Positions 50,262 through 59,702 of a DNA stretch of 64,000 bases are shown one piece after another. The notes beneath the pieces are model-generated. The model saw only the letters and a list, made by a program, of their open reading frames with translations. It was not told the origin of the DNA and searched no databases. The stretch is from Thermodesulfobacteriota bacterium. GTDB lineage: Bacteria > Desulfobacterota > Binatia > Bin18. The first letter of the stretch is position 1; each line of letters starts with the position of its first letter. The stretch covers positions 96,001-160,000 of the forward strand of contig OZ219926.1 of assembly GCA_964291405.2 (NCBI GenBank), in the 5' to 3' direction. The position numbers and the translations under genes are program-made.

Positions 50262-51542
50262 GTGTCAACGGCTCAGACGAAAATTCCATCATACCAACTC
50301 GCGCCGAAAGCTTTACATTGGATTTCGAGCGTTTTCTTCGCGAACTTCTTCACACTCCTTCTAATCACGATCAGCTTGTCTCAATGGATCGTTCCGGTCT
50401 GGTTTTTGGGCGTCTTTTTACCTGTTTACTCGCCGCCCTCAGCGGCCACAGCTGTTATTCCACTGATCCTTTTTTTCTTGAATCTCTTCCTCATACGCTT
50501 CTCTCGGCGCCTACCCTCCCTTCCTACAGTCCTCCGTTTACCTCTCCGTATTTATTTTGCCTCGGCTTTCATCAGCGCCTTTTGCTTTGTTTTTCTTGTG
50601 CTGTGCGGAGTCTTATGGGCATTTCTCTCTTTCCTCGTCGCCGTATGCGGCTTCTTCCTCCCCTTTACCGAACTCCACCTGTCTGTTCAGCCCACACTGA
50701 CACTGGGCTTTCAACTTTTTGCGGGCGTGAGTCTCATTCTCATTACCAGCCTTCTCATCTATGGCTACTTTGGGGGCCAGCGCCAACTCCGCATATCCAA
50801 GAGAGAACTCTCCCTTGCCCATTGGCCGGCCACAAGTCCTCACATCAAAATTGTGCAGATCAGTGATCTCCACATTGGAACGAATCTCACCACACAGGAG
50901 CTCGAAACCTATGTGCAGAAAGTCAATGAGCTACAGCCAGACCTCATCCTCCTGACCGGTGATATCCTAGACGCCAACCCTGCGTATATTCCGGACTTCT
51001 TCCCGCACCTGAACGCGCTCCACGCTCGACACGGAGTCTTTGCCTGTCTTGGGAACCATGATCGCTATGCGGGAGCGCAGGCTGTTGCGGCTGGCCTGGC
51101 GGATTATACCCATATTACGCTTCTACGGGACCAGGTCGCTCATCTTGCCATTGCCGGCACAACGCTCCATCTCATCGGTCTGGACGATCGTGGGAAGGAT
51201 TGGGCTCGCGGGCTCGATGCGGATACCACCCTCACCCAGCTTAGAGCAGATATTCCAAGCCATGAGCCCACCATTTTATTGTCGCACCGTCCTGACATTT
51301 TTCCCGCGGCCGCCAATCTCAGTATTGATCTCACCCTGTCCGGTCATACCCATGGCGGTCAATTCGCCCTGCCGTTCCAGTCGCACCAGTTCAATTTGGC
51401 CCGCTTTATTACCCGCTTTCCACGTGGCCAATATATGCTCGGAAATTGTTTCCTGTATGTAAATCGAGGCCTGGGCGTCACGGGTCAGCGCATACGTCTT
51501 TTTACTCCACGTGAGATCGCCCTCCTGACCTGTCGAGCCTAA
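50262..51542 (+). CDS. Membrane-bound metallophosphoesterase (YkuE-like)
   Basis: SDLH, TGD, LGNHD, LSHRP, SGHTHGGQ; N-terminal TM helices. Confidence 0.93.
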   Translation: MSTAQTKIPSYQLAPKALHWISSVFFANFFTLLLITISLSQWIVPVWFLGVFLPVYSPPSAATAVIPLILFFLNLFLIRFSRRLPSLPTVLRLPLRIYFASAFISAFCFVFLVLCGVLWAFLSFLVAVCGFFLPFTELHLSVQPTLTLGFQLFAGVSLILITSLLIYGYFGGQRQLRISKRELSLAHWPATSPHIKIVQISDLHIGTNLTTQELETYVQKVNELQPDLILLTGDILDANPAYIPDFFPHLNALHARHGVFACLGNHDRYAGAQAVAAGLADYTHITLLRDQVAHLAIAGTTLHLIGLDDRGKDWARGLDADTTLTQLRADIPSHEPTILLSHRPDIFPAAANLSIDLTLSGHTHGGQFALPFQSHQFNLARFITRFPRGQYMLGNCFLYVNRGLGVTGQRIRLFTPREIALLTCRA

Positions 51543-51659
51543 CCCGCAGAGCTGACATGTCCGAGCGCTTTATTCTGACAAGTCGAATGCCGCAATTGTC
51601 CTACTTGACCCCCTGCGACCCTTGCTGCATCCTCAGGAGGTCGCTCGACTGAGGCAGCA

Positions 51660-52496
51660 ATGTATCACCTTACCCGCTTTGTTGAATTTGAGGCGTCCCA
51701 CCGCTATTGGAATCCCGACTTTTCAGAGGAAGAAAATTGGCGGATCTTTGGTAAATGCGTCAGTCCATACGGCCATGGGCATAATTATGTCCTGCGCGTG
51801 ACCGTCCACGGAGAAAGCGATCCGCAAACCGGTATGGTGATCAATATCAAAGAACTCGACCATTTACTCAAAGAGATTACCAGCCAGTTTGATCATAAAT
51901 TCATTAATCTCGACCATCCGGCCTTCAGCCGTCTTATTCCGACGACGGAAACTCTCGCAGCCTATATGCGAGACTATCTCGAAGACCGGTTGCGTGCGGA
52001 GCAGCCTACAGCGCGGCTCTTCCGCGTTCGCCTGTATGAAGAACCAACGCTCTGGTCCGATGTGTCGGGCGGAGAGGGAATTACCATGGCCGCACTCACA
52101 AAATCGTTCAGCTTTAGCGCAGCGCACCGTCTCCATAGTCCACACTTATCCGACGAGCAGAATAGAGAAATCTTTGGCAAGTGTAATAATCTGCACGGCC
52201 ATGGACATAATTACGAATTAGAGGTGACCGTCACCGGCGCTATCGATCCACAGACAGGTATGGTTTTCGACCTGGTTGAACTGATGCAGGTCGTGCAGGA
52301 AGAGGTGATCGAGCGTTTTGATCATAAACACCTCAATCGTGAAACAGAGGAATTTCACAATCTGAATCCCACGGGAGAAAATATTGTCCACGTTATTTGG
52401 AACCTGCTGCAACCACGGCTGGGCACGCACCTGTCGCGGGTTGGGTTATGGGAAACCCCGAAGAATTTCTTTGAATATCACGGAGAGCACGCGTAA
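51660..52496 (+). CDS. Dual-domain 6-pyruvoyl-tetrahydropterin synthase family protein
   Basis: Two PTPS domains: FEASHR…KCVSPYGHGHNY and FSAAHR…KCNNLHGHGHNY. Confidence 0.92.
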   Translation: MYHLTRFVEFEASHRYWNPDFSEEENWRIFGKCVSPYGHGHNYVLRVTVHGESDPQTGMVINIKELDHLLKEITSQFDHKFINLDHPAFSRLIPTTETLAAYMRDYLEDRLRAEQPTARLFRVRLYEEPTLWSDVSGGEGITMAALTKSFSFSAAHRLHSPHLSDEQNREIFGKCNNLHGHGHNYELEVTVTGAIDPQTGMVFDLVELMQVVQEEVIERFDHKHLNRETEEFHNLNPTGENIVHVIWNLLQPRLGTHLSRVGLWETPKNFFEYHGEHA

Positions 52497-52519
52497 GAAT
52501 CGCATGTAAGGAACCCAGC

Positions 52520-53245
52520 ATGGCATCCCACAAGCTTCACGGACAGGTTGCCGTTATTACCGGTGCGAGTTCTGGCTTAGGTCGCGCCGCCGCCCTCGCC
52601 CTCGCTCGGGCTGGGGTGCAGGTCGTTCTCGCTGCCCGGACCCAGGCGACGTTAGACGGAGTTGTCCAAGAATGTGCCCAGTCCGGCGCCCGGGCTATTG
52701 CTGTCCCAACGGATGTTACCAGTGAGCAAGCAATTGCAACTCTTATGGATAGAGCGGTTGAAGAGTTTGGACAGCTTGACATCCTGGTGACGAGCGCTGG
52801 TGGTGCAGCCTTTGGTCCCATCATGGAATCCCGCACCGAGGACTGGGACATGCTCATGAACGTCAATCTGCGTGGGACGTATCTCTGCTGTAAAAGTGCC
52901 CTCAAATATATGCTGCCCCGGAGGAGCGGTCATATCCTCAACGTGTTGTCCATTGCCAGCCACATGATCTTACCTGGCTCAACCGCCTATACCGCCTCTA
53001 AATTCGGCGCCCTCGGTCTGACCAAGGTCTTAGCAGCTGAAGTCCGCTCAGAAGGGATAAAAGTCACTGCGGTTATTCCCGGCGCGGTCGATACTCCCCT
53101 GTGGGACAAAAGCGGCGGAGACCTGGACCGGACAAAAATGCTGTCCCCAGACGATGTGGCAGACGCCATGCTGAGCGTTATTGCCCAACCGGCCGGTATT
53201 CATACCGACGAGCTTCACCTCATGCCGCCCCTCGGCGTGCTGTAG
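52520..53245 (+). CDS. SDR family oxidoreductase
   Basis: TGASSGLG, YTASK, PGAVDTPLW. Confidence 0.92.
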   Translation: MASHKLHGQVAVITGASSGLGRAAALALARAGVQVVLAARTQATLDGVVQECAQSGARAIAVPTDVTSEQAIATLMDRAVEEFGQLDILVTSAGGAAFGPIMESRTEDWDMLMNVNLRGTYLCCKSALKYMLPRRSGHILNVLSIASHMILPGSTAYTASKFGALGLTKVLAAEVRSEGIKVTAVIPGAVDTPLWDKSGGDLDRTKMLSPDDVADAMLSVIAQPAGIHTDELHLMPPLGVL

Positions 53246-53369
53246 TGCCAGACATGGCAAACTGCTCGATTCCATAGCCGTGGATAGTGCGGGTGTTGCG
53301 AGCTTTGCTGCCCAAAAACAGCATGTGATCTGGCCGGAATAGCCCCGGCCCTGTCGACGAGGAGAATAT

Positions 53370-54130
53370 ATGGCGCAACTCGATGGACGTGTAGCAATTG
53401 TCACCGGGGCGGTTCAAGGCATTGGCCTAGGCGTGGCACTGAGTATGGCTCGGGCTGGAGCAAATATTGTGGTGGCGGATATGGCCCAGGACGGCCTTGC
53501 CTCCGCTGTCGCTGAGATTGAAGCTAAGGGCGTACAAGCGTTGGGGGTACAGACCGATGTGACTCAAGCCCGTGCGATTGACCGACTTGTTCACGAGACC
53601 CTGGATAGGTTTGGCACGATCGACATTTTAGTCAACAACGCGGGGTCGTTATTATCAAGCCTATTGCCGACCAGAGTGAGGCAGACTGGGATAGGGTTCT
53701 CGACACCAATCTGAAAGGGACGTTTTTATGCAGCCAGCGCGTCATACAAGAAATGCAAAAACACAAGCGCGGAGCCATTGTGAATTTGTCCTCTATTGCC
53801 GCGTTTCACTTTACCACGCCGCATATCCCCTATGCGGCCTCGAAGGCCGGTGTCTCTGCATTAACCCGGGACTTAGCCTATGAAGTGGCGCCGCTCGGCA
53901 TCCGGGTCAATGCCATAGCCCCTGGTCCGATCCAAACTCCTATGATGGACAACGCGCTGACGGACGAGCAAAAAGCTGCGTACGCCAGGACTGTGCCCGT
54001 TGGGCGATTAGGGCAACCGCCGGATATTGGGAGCGCTGCCGTTTTTCTGGCATCTGATGCGGCCAGCTTTATTACCGGGGTGACTCTACCGGTCACGGGC
54101 GGTACTGATTTGCGGGTGAGTCCGTCGTAG
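53370..54130 (+). CDS. SDR family oxidoreductase, with a 1-nt frameshift near 53643
   Basis: TGAVQGIG…NNAG, then continues in another frame (VVIIKP…YAASK…APGP); G-run one base short. Confidence 0.85.
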
Positions 54131-54141
54131 TAAAGCTTCAG

Positions 54142-54232
54142 TGGCGGAGGGAGTGGGATTCGAACCCACGAGAGCCTTTTGGACTCTACCGATTTTCAAG
54201 ACCGGCGCCTTCAACCGCTCGGCCATCCCTCC
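54142..54232 (-). tRNA. tRNA-Ser(UGA)
   Basis: GGAGGGA…CCGGT-CT-TGA-AA-ATCGG…long variable arm…GGTTCGAATCC…TCCCTCCGCCA; encoded CCA. Confidence 0.97.
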
Positions 54233-54317
54233 ACGTGGCCGGTCTTATACCGCTTTCTTCGACTTTGAAAGGGGGTATGGAGACGGCATCACAGGGGCTT
54301 GACGACAACGGCCCTCT

Positions 54318-54731
54318 TCAGCCTGCCGGCGAGGTATCGGGGCAAACTTTTCGTTCTTTAAAACGCCACTGCCCGGCAACTTTCTCAATCTGGTCTTCAT
54401 AACGCCCAGAAATCACGAGTTCAGTTTTTCCCTGTGCCGCGTGTGTCATGAGCAGATAGCTCTCTGCGGTAGCCGTATCTCCGTCGAGATCGATCAGAAT
54501 ATTCATGACGCAGTGACGAGGCTGCGCGTCTCCAGTCCATTCTTTATAGCGCGAAGTAAACGCCAGTAGCTTCTCCGGCCCTTGCCATACGCCGAGAATC
54601 GGACTGTTAAACGTGCCATCCTCGGTAAAGCATTGAACCCAGTCCTCATAGCGTCCAGCGTCAATCGAGAGGCAATAGCGTGTCATCAAATCGCGAATAG
54701 CCTCTTTATCCTCTAAAGCATTCATGCTCAT
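54318..54731 (-). CDS. SnoaL-like NTF2 family protein
   Basis: LEDKEAIRDLMTRY…D…FTEDG…GRYED…WRFKER. Confidence 0.88.
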   Translation of the reverse strand: MSMNALEDKEAIRDLMTRYCLSIDAGRYEDWVQCFTEDGTFNSPILGVWQGPEKLLAFTSRYKEWTGDAQPRHCVMNILIDLDGDTATAESYLLMTHAAQGKTELVISGRYEDQIEKVAGQWRFKERKVCPDTSPAG

Positions 54732-54762
54732 ACTCCTTTTTGATTCACTCTTTCACTGCGGT

Positions 54763-55575
54763 TCATCTCGCATTCAGGATGACATTGATATCCTGTCCGG
54801 AACGTCGGACGAGAAGACGGACAGACGGATTCCTTTGTAAAGTTTTCTGCCGAAAGTCCGAGATATTCCGAATGAGTTTACCCTCCAGGGCTAGAATGAC
54901 ATCACCGCGTTGCAGCGCTCCCCGACCCTGAGCGGCATTTGTTACGAGTACCCCCTCCGCCGTCGGTAGCTGAAAATACTCTGCAAGTTCAGCAGTCAGA
55001 TTCTGCACCTCAATACCCATGACCGTCGCGCTGATGGTCTGGAGTGGGCCGGGCAAATGCTGGCTGCTTTCCGTAAAAACATCCTGCGCAACGAAAATAG
55101 GTCGATCGAACCGGAGAGCAAGCGCAATGGCGTCACTCGGACGACTGTCGATCTCGACCAACCGGTCGGTGAAGAGCAAATGAATCTGTGCAAAATATGT
55201 ATTATTTTCAAGCGCACTCACCACAATCTTTTGAAACTCAACACCGATGTTTTCAAGGACATTTTTCATCAGGTCATGCGTTAAGGGACGGGGAGCAGGG
55301 GTTCCAGCCAGTGCCATGGCAATGGCTCTGGCTTCAAATGGGCCAACCCAGATCGGGAGAAATCGTGCCGTCTCGGTGTCTGCAAGAATCACCACCGGAG
55401 CCTGCGCCTGTCGATCAAATCCGACATGATGGACCTGGACAGGAACGGCAGACACGGCAAAAGCACGACCGGGCAGAAGCAGAAGAAGAGCAAAAACGAA
55501 CAGGACAGCGAGAAGACCAGACCAGGATGAACGGGGCCGGAACGAAAAGGGATGATAAGTCTGGTACTGCCGCAT
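54763..55575 (-). CDS. Bifunctional nuclease (DUF151) with N-terminal signal/TM segment and C-terminal PDZ domain
   Basis: LPIWVG…EA, RPLTHDL, DSRPSDAIALALR; tail MGIEVQNLT…GVLVT…LQRGDVIL resembles an HtrA PDZ. Confidence 0.88.
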   Translation of the reverse strand: MRQYQTYHPFSFRPRSSWSGLLAVLFVFALLLLLPGRAFAVSAVPVQVHHVGFDRQAQAPVVILADTETARFLPIWVGPFEARAIAMALAGTPAPRPLTHDLMKNVLENIGVEFQKIVVSALENNTYFAQIHLLFTDRLVEIDSRPSDAIALALRFDRPIFVAQDVFTESSQHLPGPLQTISATVMGIEVQNLTAELAEYFQLPTAEGVLVTNAAQGRGALQRGDVILALEGKLIRNISDFRQKTLQRNPSVRLLVRRSGQDINVILNAR

Positions 55576-55753
55576 ACGACCTCCTGGAGTCCTGAGGTTT
55601 CCCTGATAAACACGAACAAGGAAGACAAGACACTGGCAGCGTCCGATGCGCTACATGACGCCGCTGCACTCTTGCTAGTATACTGCACGGGAATGTGCAA
55701 GGGATAAACAGTCAGGCAGTGGTAGGAAGAACGGCAGGACTCTTTACGATCGT

Positions 55754-56086
55754 TCAGTCCGCTGTGTTTGTCGCGCACTCGGCGCACAGATTTTCAATAT
55801 TATCGGGGTCTTCAACGATCCCCTCATCCAAGCTGTGGCATATCTGAGAGCAGCGTGCACAAATAAAATAGATTCCCTCAATAGTCTTGTTGATCCGCTC
55901 CCGGTTCAATACGCGTCCGCGTAGCTTGGAGACCCGAATCCCAAGGAGTTCTTCATAGCGCTTTTTTATCTTGCGTCGTCCAGCTTCGTCTTTTGGAAGT
56001 TCCTCTTCATCAAGGTCCTCCCCCTGCTCTTCCTCGTCAAAGAGCCCTGGTGCGCGTGTCTTATGTGCTTGCTTCGCCCGTGGCAT
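55754..56086 (-). CDS. Hypothetical Cys-rich protein (DksA/TraR-like zinc finger?)
   Basis: Acidic N-terminus; RI…GIYFICARC…LCAEC. Confidence 0.6.
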   Translation of the reverse strand: MPRAKQAHKTRAPGLFDEEEQGEDLDEEELPKDEAGRRKIKKRYEELLGIRVSKLRGRVLNRERINKTIEGIYFICARCSQICHSLDEGIVEDPDNIENLCAECATNTAD

Positions 56087-56269
56087 TTACAAACTCCGGA
56101 CTGAGCTTGTTGTGACAGCATGTTCTACATTCTTTTCACACACCCAATAGAATCCTTTTTTCCCGAATCCGGCAAACTGTACGACCCGACTGGTCGCTCC
56201 ACACGTTGGGCATACTTGTTGTGAGTCAGATTTTTTATCTTTTTGGGCGGTTTTCGTTCTTTCTGCCAT
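56087..56269 (-). CDS. Small zinc-ribbon-like protein, 60 aa
   Basis: GGAGG RBS; CPTC…WVCEKNVEH; stop abuts the next ATG. Confidence 0.65.
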   Translation of the reverse strand: MAERTKTAQKDKKSDSQQVCPTCGATSRVVQFAGFGKKGFYWVCEKNVEHAVTTSSVRSL

Positions 56270-56454
56270 ATTCTTCCTCCGCTATTGCTCCTGACAGGAT
56301 AGGCGATTGCTTGACTGACTGTCAAGGGTGAAGGGTTCTTGTCAGTCTATGACACGCGTGGTACCGTCGATGCCATGAAGGTTTAAATTATCCTTAAAAA
56401 TCATATACTTATGATTAATTACAGTAGCGACTTACAAGTCTTGCGGGGGGAGAG

Positions 56455-57339
56455 ATGACGACACTGTCCGCATCGGACCGGGCGACTCTGCAGCCGGGCG
56501 ACAGTGTTCTCTTCATTGACCAGAAAGAGCGCGAATATATACGTATCCTGCACCCCGGTAGTGTCATTGCGCTACGCGGCGGGAATATTCCTGCTGAGCA
56601 ATTTATCGGGCTTGCAGAGGGTAGCTTGGTCCAAGTGGGTCAGGGTGAAAGATTCCGTATCTTACGGCCAACGTATGCACGTTTGATTCCCAACCTGCCG
56701 CGCCAAGCCCAGGTGATCTATCCCAAAGATATTGGCCCTATCCTGCTCTGGGGAGATGTATTCCCTGGCGCCCAGGTGCTTGAGGTGGGATCAGGTCCGG
56801 GCGCGTTGAGTATGGCTTTGCTGCGGGCCATAGGGCCAGCGGGACATCTGCTCACCGTTGATATTCGAGCCGACCATTGCAAGATGGCACGCAACAACGT
56901 CAAGCGTTTTCTTGGCGCTGCGCCGAACTGGGTATTAGCCCAAACCGACGCGTATCAGGGCTTACCGGTCCGGGAGGTTGATCGCACCCTGATCGATCTC
57001 CCCGAGCCGTGGCAGGTCGTACCTCACGCACGAGAAGTCCTCCGGCCTGGTGGGGTTCTCGTGGGCTATCTTCCCACGGTGCTGCAAGTCAAAACGCTGG
57101 TAGATGCGCTCCACGCGGACCCCAGGTTTGCTTGCGTAGAGGTCATGGAAAACATGCTCCGATTTTGGCACGTCAAAGACCGCTCCATACGCCCGGAACA
57201 CCGTATGGTCGCGCATACGGGATTTATTGTGGTCGCCAGACGGGTCACAGAAGCGGCCGCCGTTCAGGTCAGGTCCGAAAAGCAAGTAAGGCAAGAAGCC
57301 CAGCAAGCCGACGCACCCCGGAACGAGCCGGAGTCTTGA
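56455..57339 (+). CDS. trmI: tRNA (adenine58-N1)-methyltransferase
   Basis: PRQAQVIYPKD, EVGSGPGALS, DLPEPW, RPEHRMVAHTGF. Confidence 0.93.
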   Translation: MTTLSASDRATLQPGDSVLFIDQKEREYIRILHPGSVIALRGGNIPAEQFIGLAEGSLVQVGQGERFRILRPTYARLIPNLPRQAQVIYPKDIGPILLWGDVFPGAQVLEVGSGPGALSMALLRAIGPAGHLLTVDIRADHCKMARNNVKRFLGAAPNWVLAQTDAYQGLPVREVDRTLIDLPEPWQVVPHAREVLRPGGVLVGYLPTVLQVKTLVDALHADPRFACVEVMENMLRFWHVKDRSIRPEHRMVAHTGFIVVARRVTEAAAVQVRSEKQVRQEAQQADAPRNEPES

Positions 57340-57473
57340 TTACTATCGATACCAATCTCATTCACTCGACGATAGCCCCTACCGTTTGGTAAGGCCTGCC
57401 TCAGTCTCTCCCTCTGTTCCCCTTGCCTCCCTAACCTCTCACCTGATAGCTGACGATTGGGAAGGAGGGAGTT

Positions 57474-58291
57474 ATGTCGAAGGTGCTTTTTGAGAAAAAA
57501 GGGCATATTGCCTACGTGACCATTAACCGCCCGGAACGCCTCAACGCCTGTGATTTTGAAACCTATAATATGCTGGCCTTTTTGAAAAAAAAGGCCACAT
57601 TGCCTATGTGACCATTAACCGCCCGGAACGCCTCAACGATATCTGGATCGAATTTCAGGATGATCCGGACTTACGGGTCGCTATTCTGACCGGAACCGGC
57701 GAGCGAGCGTTTAGTGCGGGGAGCGACATAAAAGCCAATTATGTCAATCGGCCGAAAAACGAAAATACCAACCTCTTCCCGACGCTGTTCGACCTGTATA
57801 AACCCATCATCGCCGCTATCAACGGCCACGCGAATGGCGGCGGCCTGGAGCAGGCCCTGGCGTGTGATATCCGCGTGGCTGCGGAGCACGCCCAATTCGG
57901 GTTTGGTGAAGTGCGCCTGGGCTGGCTACCCGGTGGAGGTGGGACGCAACGCTTACCCCGCATCATTCCTCTGGGGCGAGCCTTGGAACTGCTGTATACC
58001 GGCGCGCGCATTTCCGCGGAAGAAGCCTATCGTCTCGGTTTGGTTGACCACCTCGTTCCCATGAGTCAGCTTATGGGCAAATGTGAAGAGATCGCCGAAG
58101 AGATATGCAAAAGCGCGCCGCTGGCCGTGCAACATATCAAGCAAGCTTCCTTACGCGGTCTGGATGTGTCACTTGAGGAAGGACTGAAACTGGAACGCGC
58201 GCTCTATAATGAACTGCAGGAGACCGAAGATGCGCGTGAAGGCGCCCTCGCTTTTGCTGAAAAACGGCCGCCGAATTGGCAGGGCAAATAA
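57474..58291 (+). pseudogene. Enoyl-CoA hydratase/isomerase interrupted by a 59-bp insertion (57579-57637)
   Basis: AAGGAGG RBS, MSKVLFEKKGHIAYVTINRPERLNA…; AFSAGSD, GGGLE, PGGGGTQRL; deleting the insert restores the frame. Confidence 0.8.
57486..57638 (+). repeat. 61-bp imperfect direct repeat (57486-57546 and 57578-57638)
   Basis: 57/61 identical; all four differences at synonymous third codon positions. Confidence 0.92.
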
Positions 58292-58328
58292 GCGGAGCCT
58301 GTTCACCGGAACAATCCAGAGGTGAGAT

Positions 58329-59102
58329 ATGGCAGAATCCGAAATAATTCAGGAAGCCGCACGTCACCTTCTTTCGGCCAAATATGTCATGGCCATGACA
58401 GGCGCCGGTATCTCTGTTGAAAGCGGGATTCCACCCTTTCGCGGGCCGGGCGGGTTGTGGACAAAGTATGGAGAGCCGCCCATGAACGGCTACGAGCTGT
58501 TTCTCCAGGACCCGAAGAAAGCCTGGGAAGAGCGCTTATCGCCCTCAGGGCCAAGTAAAGAGATGTGGCAGACCCTGGGCACGGCAGAGCCGAATGCTGG
58601 CCATGCTGCATTGGCTGAGCTGGAAAATATGGGCATCTTGCGCAGCATGATTACGCAGAACGTTGACAACTTGCACCGTCGAGCCGGCAGCCAGCACCTC
58701 ATTGAAATCCACGGCAATTACACCCTGGTGCGCTGCATTGCCTGTAACTCCCGTTTTCCAGGCTCCGAGGTACCCCTGCACCAGCTGCCGCCGGAGTGTC
58801 CCAACTGTTCGGGTATTCTCAAAAGCGATACCGTGTCATTTGGCGAACCCATTCCCCAGGACGCGCTTGAGCAGTGTTACAGCGAAACGCAATTGTGCGA
58901 CTGCATGATCGTCGCAGGCACCTCGGCGACCGTGTATCCGGCCGCCGGCTTCCCCATTGCCGTCGGCCAGAAAGGCGGTACGCTGATCGAGGTAAATTTG
59001 TACGAAAGCGAATTAACCCCCTTATGCACGCTGAGCCTACGCGGAACGTCTGCTTCAATCCTCAGTCAGTTGGTTGAAGCCGTAAAAGCGCAACGCTCAT
59101 AA
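58329..59102 (+). CDS. cobB: NAD-dependent protein deacylase (sirtuin)
   Basis: TGAGISVESGIPPFRG, TQNVDNLH, HG, CxxC…CxxC, GTS…VYPAA. Confidence 0.93.
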   Translation: MAESEIIQEAARHLLSAKYVMAMTGAGISVESGIPPFRGPGGLWTKYGEPPMNGYELFLQDPKKAWEERLSPSGPSKEMWQTLGTAEPNAGHAALAELENMGILRSMITQNVDNLHRRAGSQHLIEIHGNYTLVRCIACNSRFPGSEVPLHQLPPECPNCSGILKSDTVSFGEPIPQDALEQCYSETQLCDCMIVAGTSATVYPAAGFPIAVGQKGGTLIEVNLYESELTPLCTLSLRGTSASILSQLVEAVKAQRS

Positions 59103-59135
59103 TCTTTACCGCGCACAGACGCCAAGGAATTGCCA

Positions 59136-59702
59136 GTGAAACAGTGGTTCGCATTATCGGCTATTGGTCGGGACCGACCCGGTATCGTCGCCGATCTGGC
59201 AGAGCTGATTTTCGAGTGTGATTGTAACCTCGAAGATTCCAGCATGACCCTTCTTGGGGGCGAGTTTGCCGTACTCCTTCTCCTCTCGGGTCGGAGCCCG
59301 GACTGTCAGCAACGGCTCTCGGCGGCCTGCAAACGGCTCGAATGGGAAAAACGCCTGACCGTCTTTTTTCGTCCACTTGAAGAAGAGCCTCTCCCCTATG
59401 GTGCCAACGACGAGACGCGCGGCTATGAACTGGTGGCAACCGGTGTGGATAAAGCCGGCATTGTTGCCCGTGTGGCCCGCTGCTTAGCCGAGCAGGGAGT
59501 GAATATTGTGCACATGCAGACCTCTACTCAGCCAGAGCCAGGCCACGGCACGGTGATCTATCATATGCGGATCACTCTAGCCGTTCCGAGCGACGTTGCC
59601 GAGGCTACCCTGAGAGAGCAACTCGACCGTATTGCAGATGACTTACGTATTCATATAGACCTCACAGCATCCGTTTCGCACGATCAAAGGAGGACCGCAT
59701 GA
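59136..59702 (+). CDS. Tandem ACT domain protein (GcvR-like)
   Basis: GRDRPGIV…CNLEDS and GVDKAGIV…VNI; GTG 59136 follows AAGGA. Confidence 0.88.
   Translation: MKQWFALSAIGRDRPGIVADLAELIFECDCNLEDSSMTLLGGEFAVLLLLSGRSPDCQQRLSAACKRLEWEKRLTVFFRPLEEEPLPYGANDETRGYELVATGVDKAGIVARVARCLAEQGVNIVHMQTSTQPEPGHGTVIYHMRITLAVPSDVAEATLREQLDRIADDLRIHIDLTASVSHDQRRTA

Noticed and set aside
54142-54232. tRNA-Ser as a genomic island integration site
   Set aside because: I found no integrase and no duplicated tRNA 3' end in the window.
56390-56422. dif site
   Set aside because: TTATGATTAAT only loosely resembles the XerD arm, and the 11-6-11 geometry does not fit.
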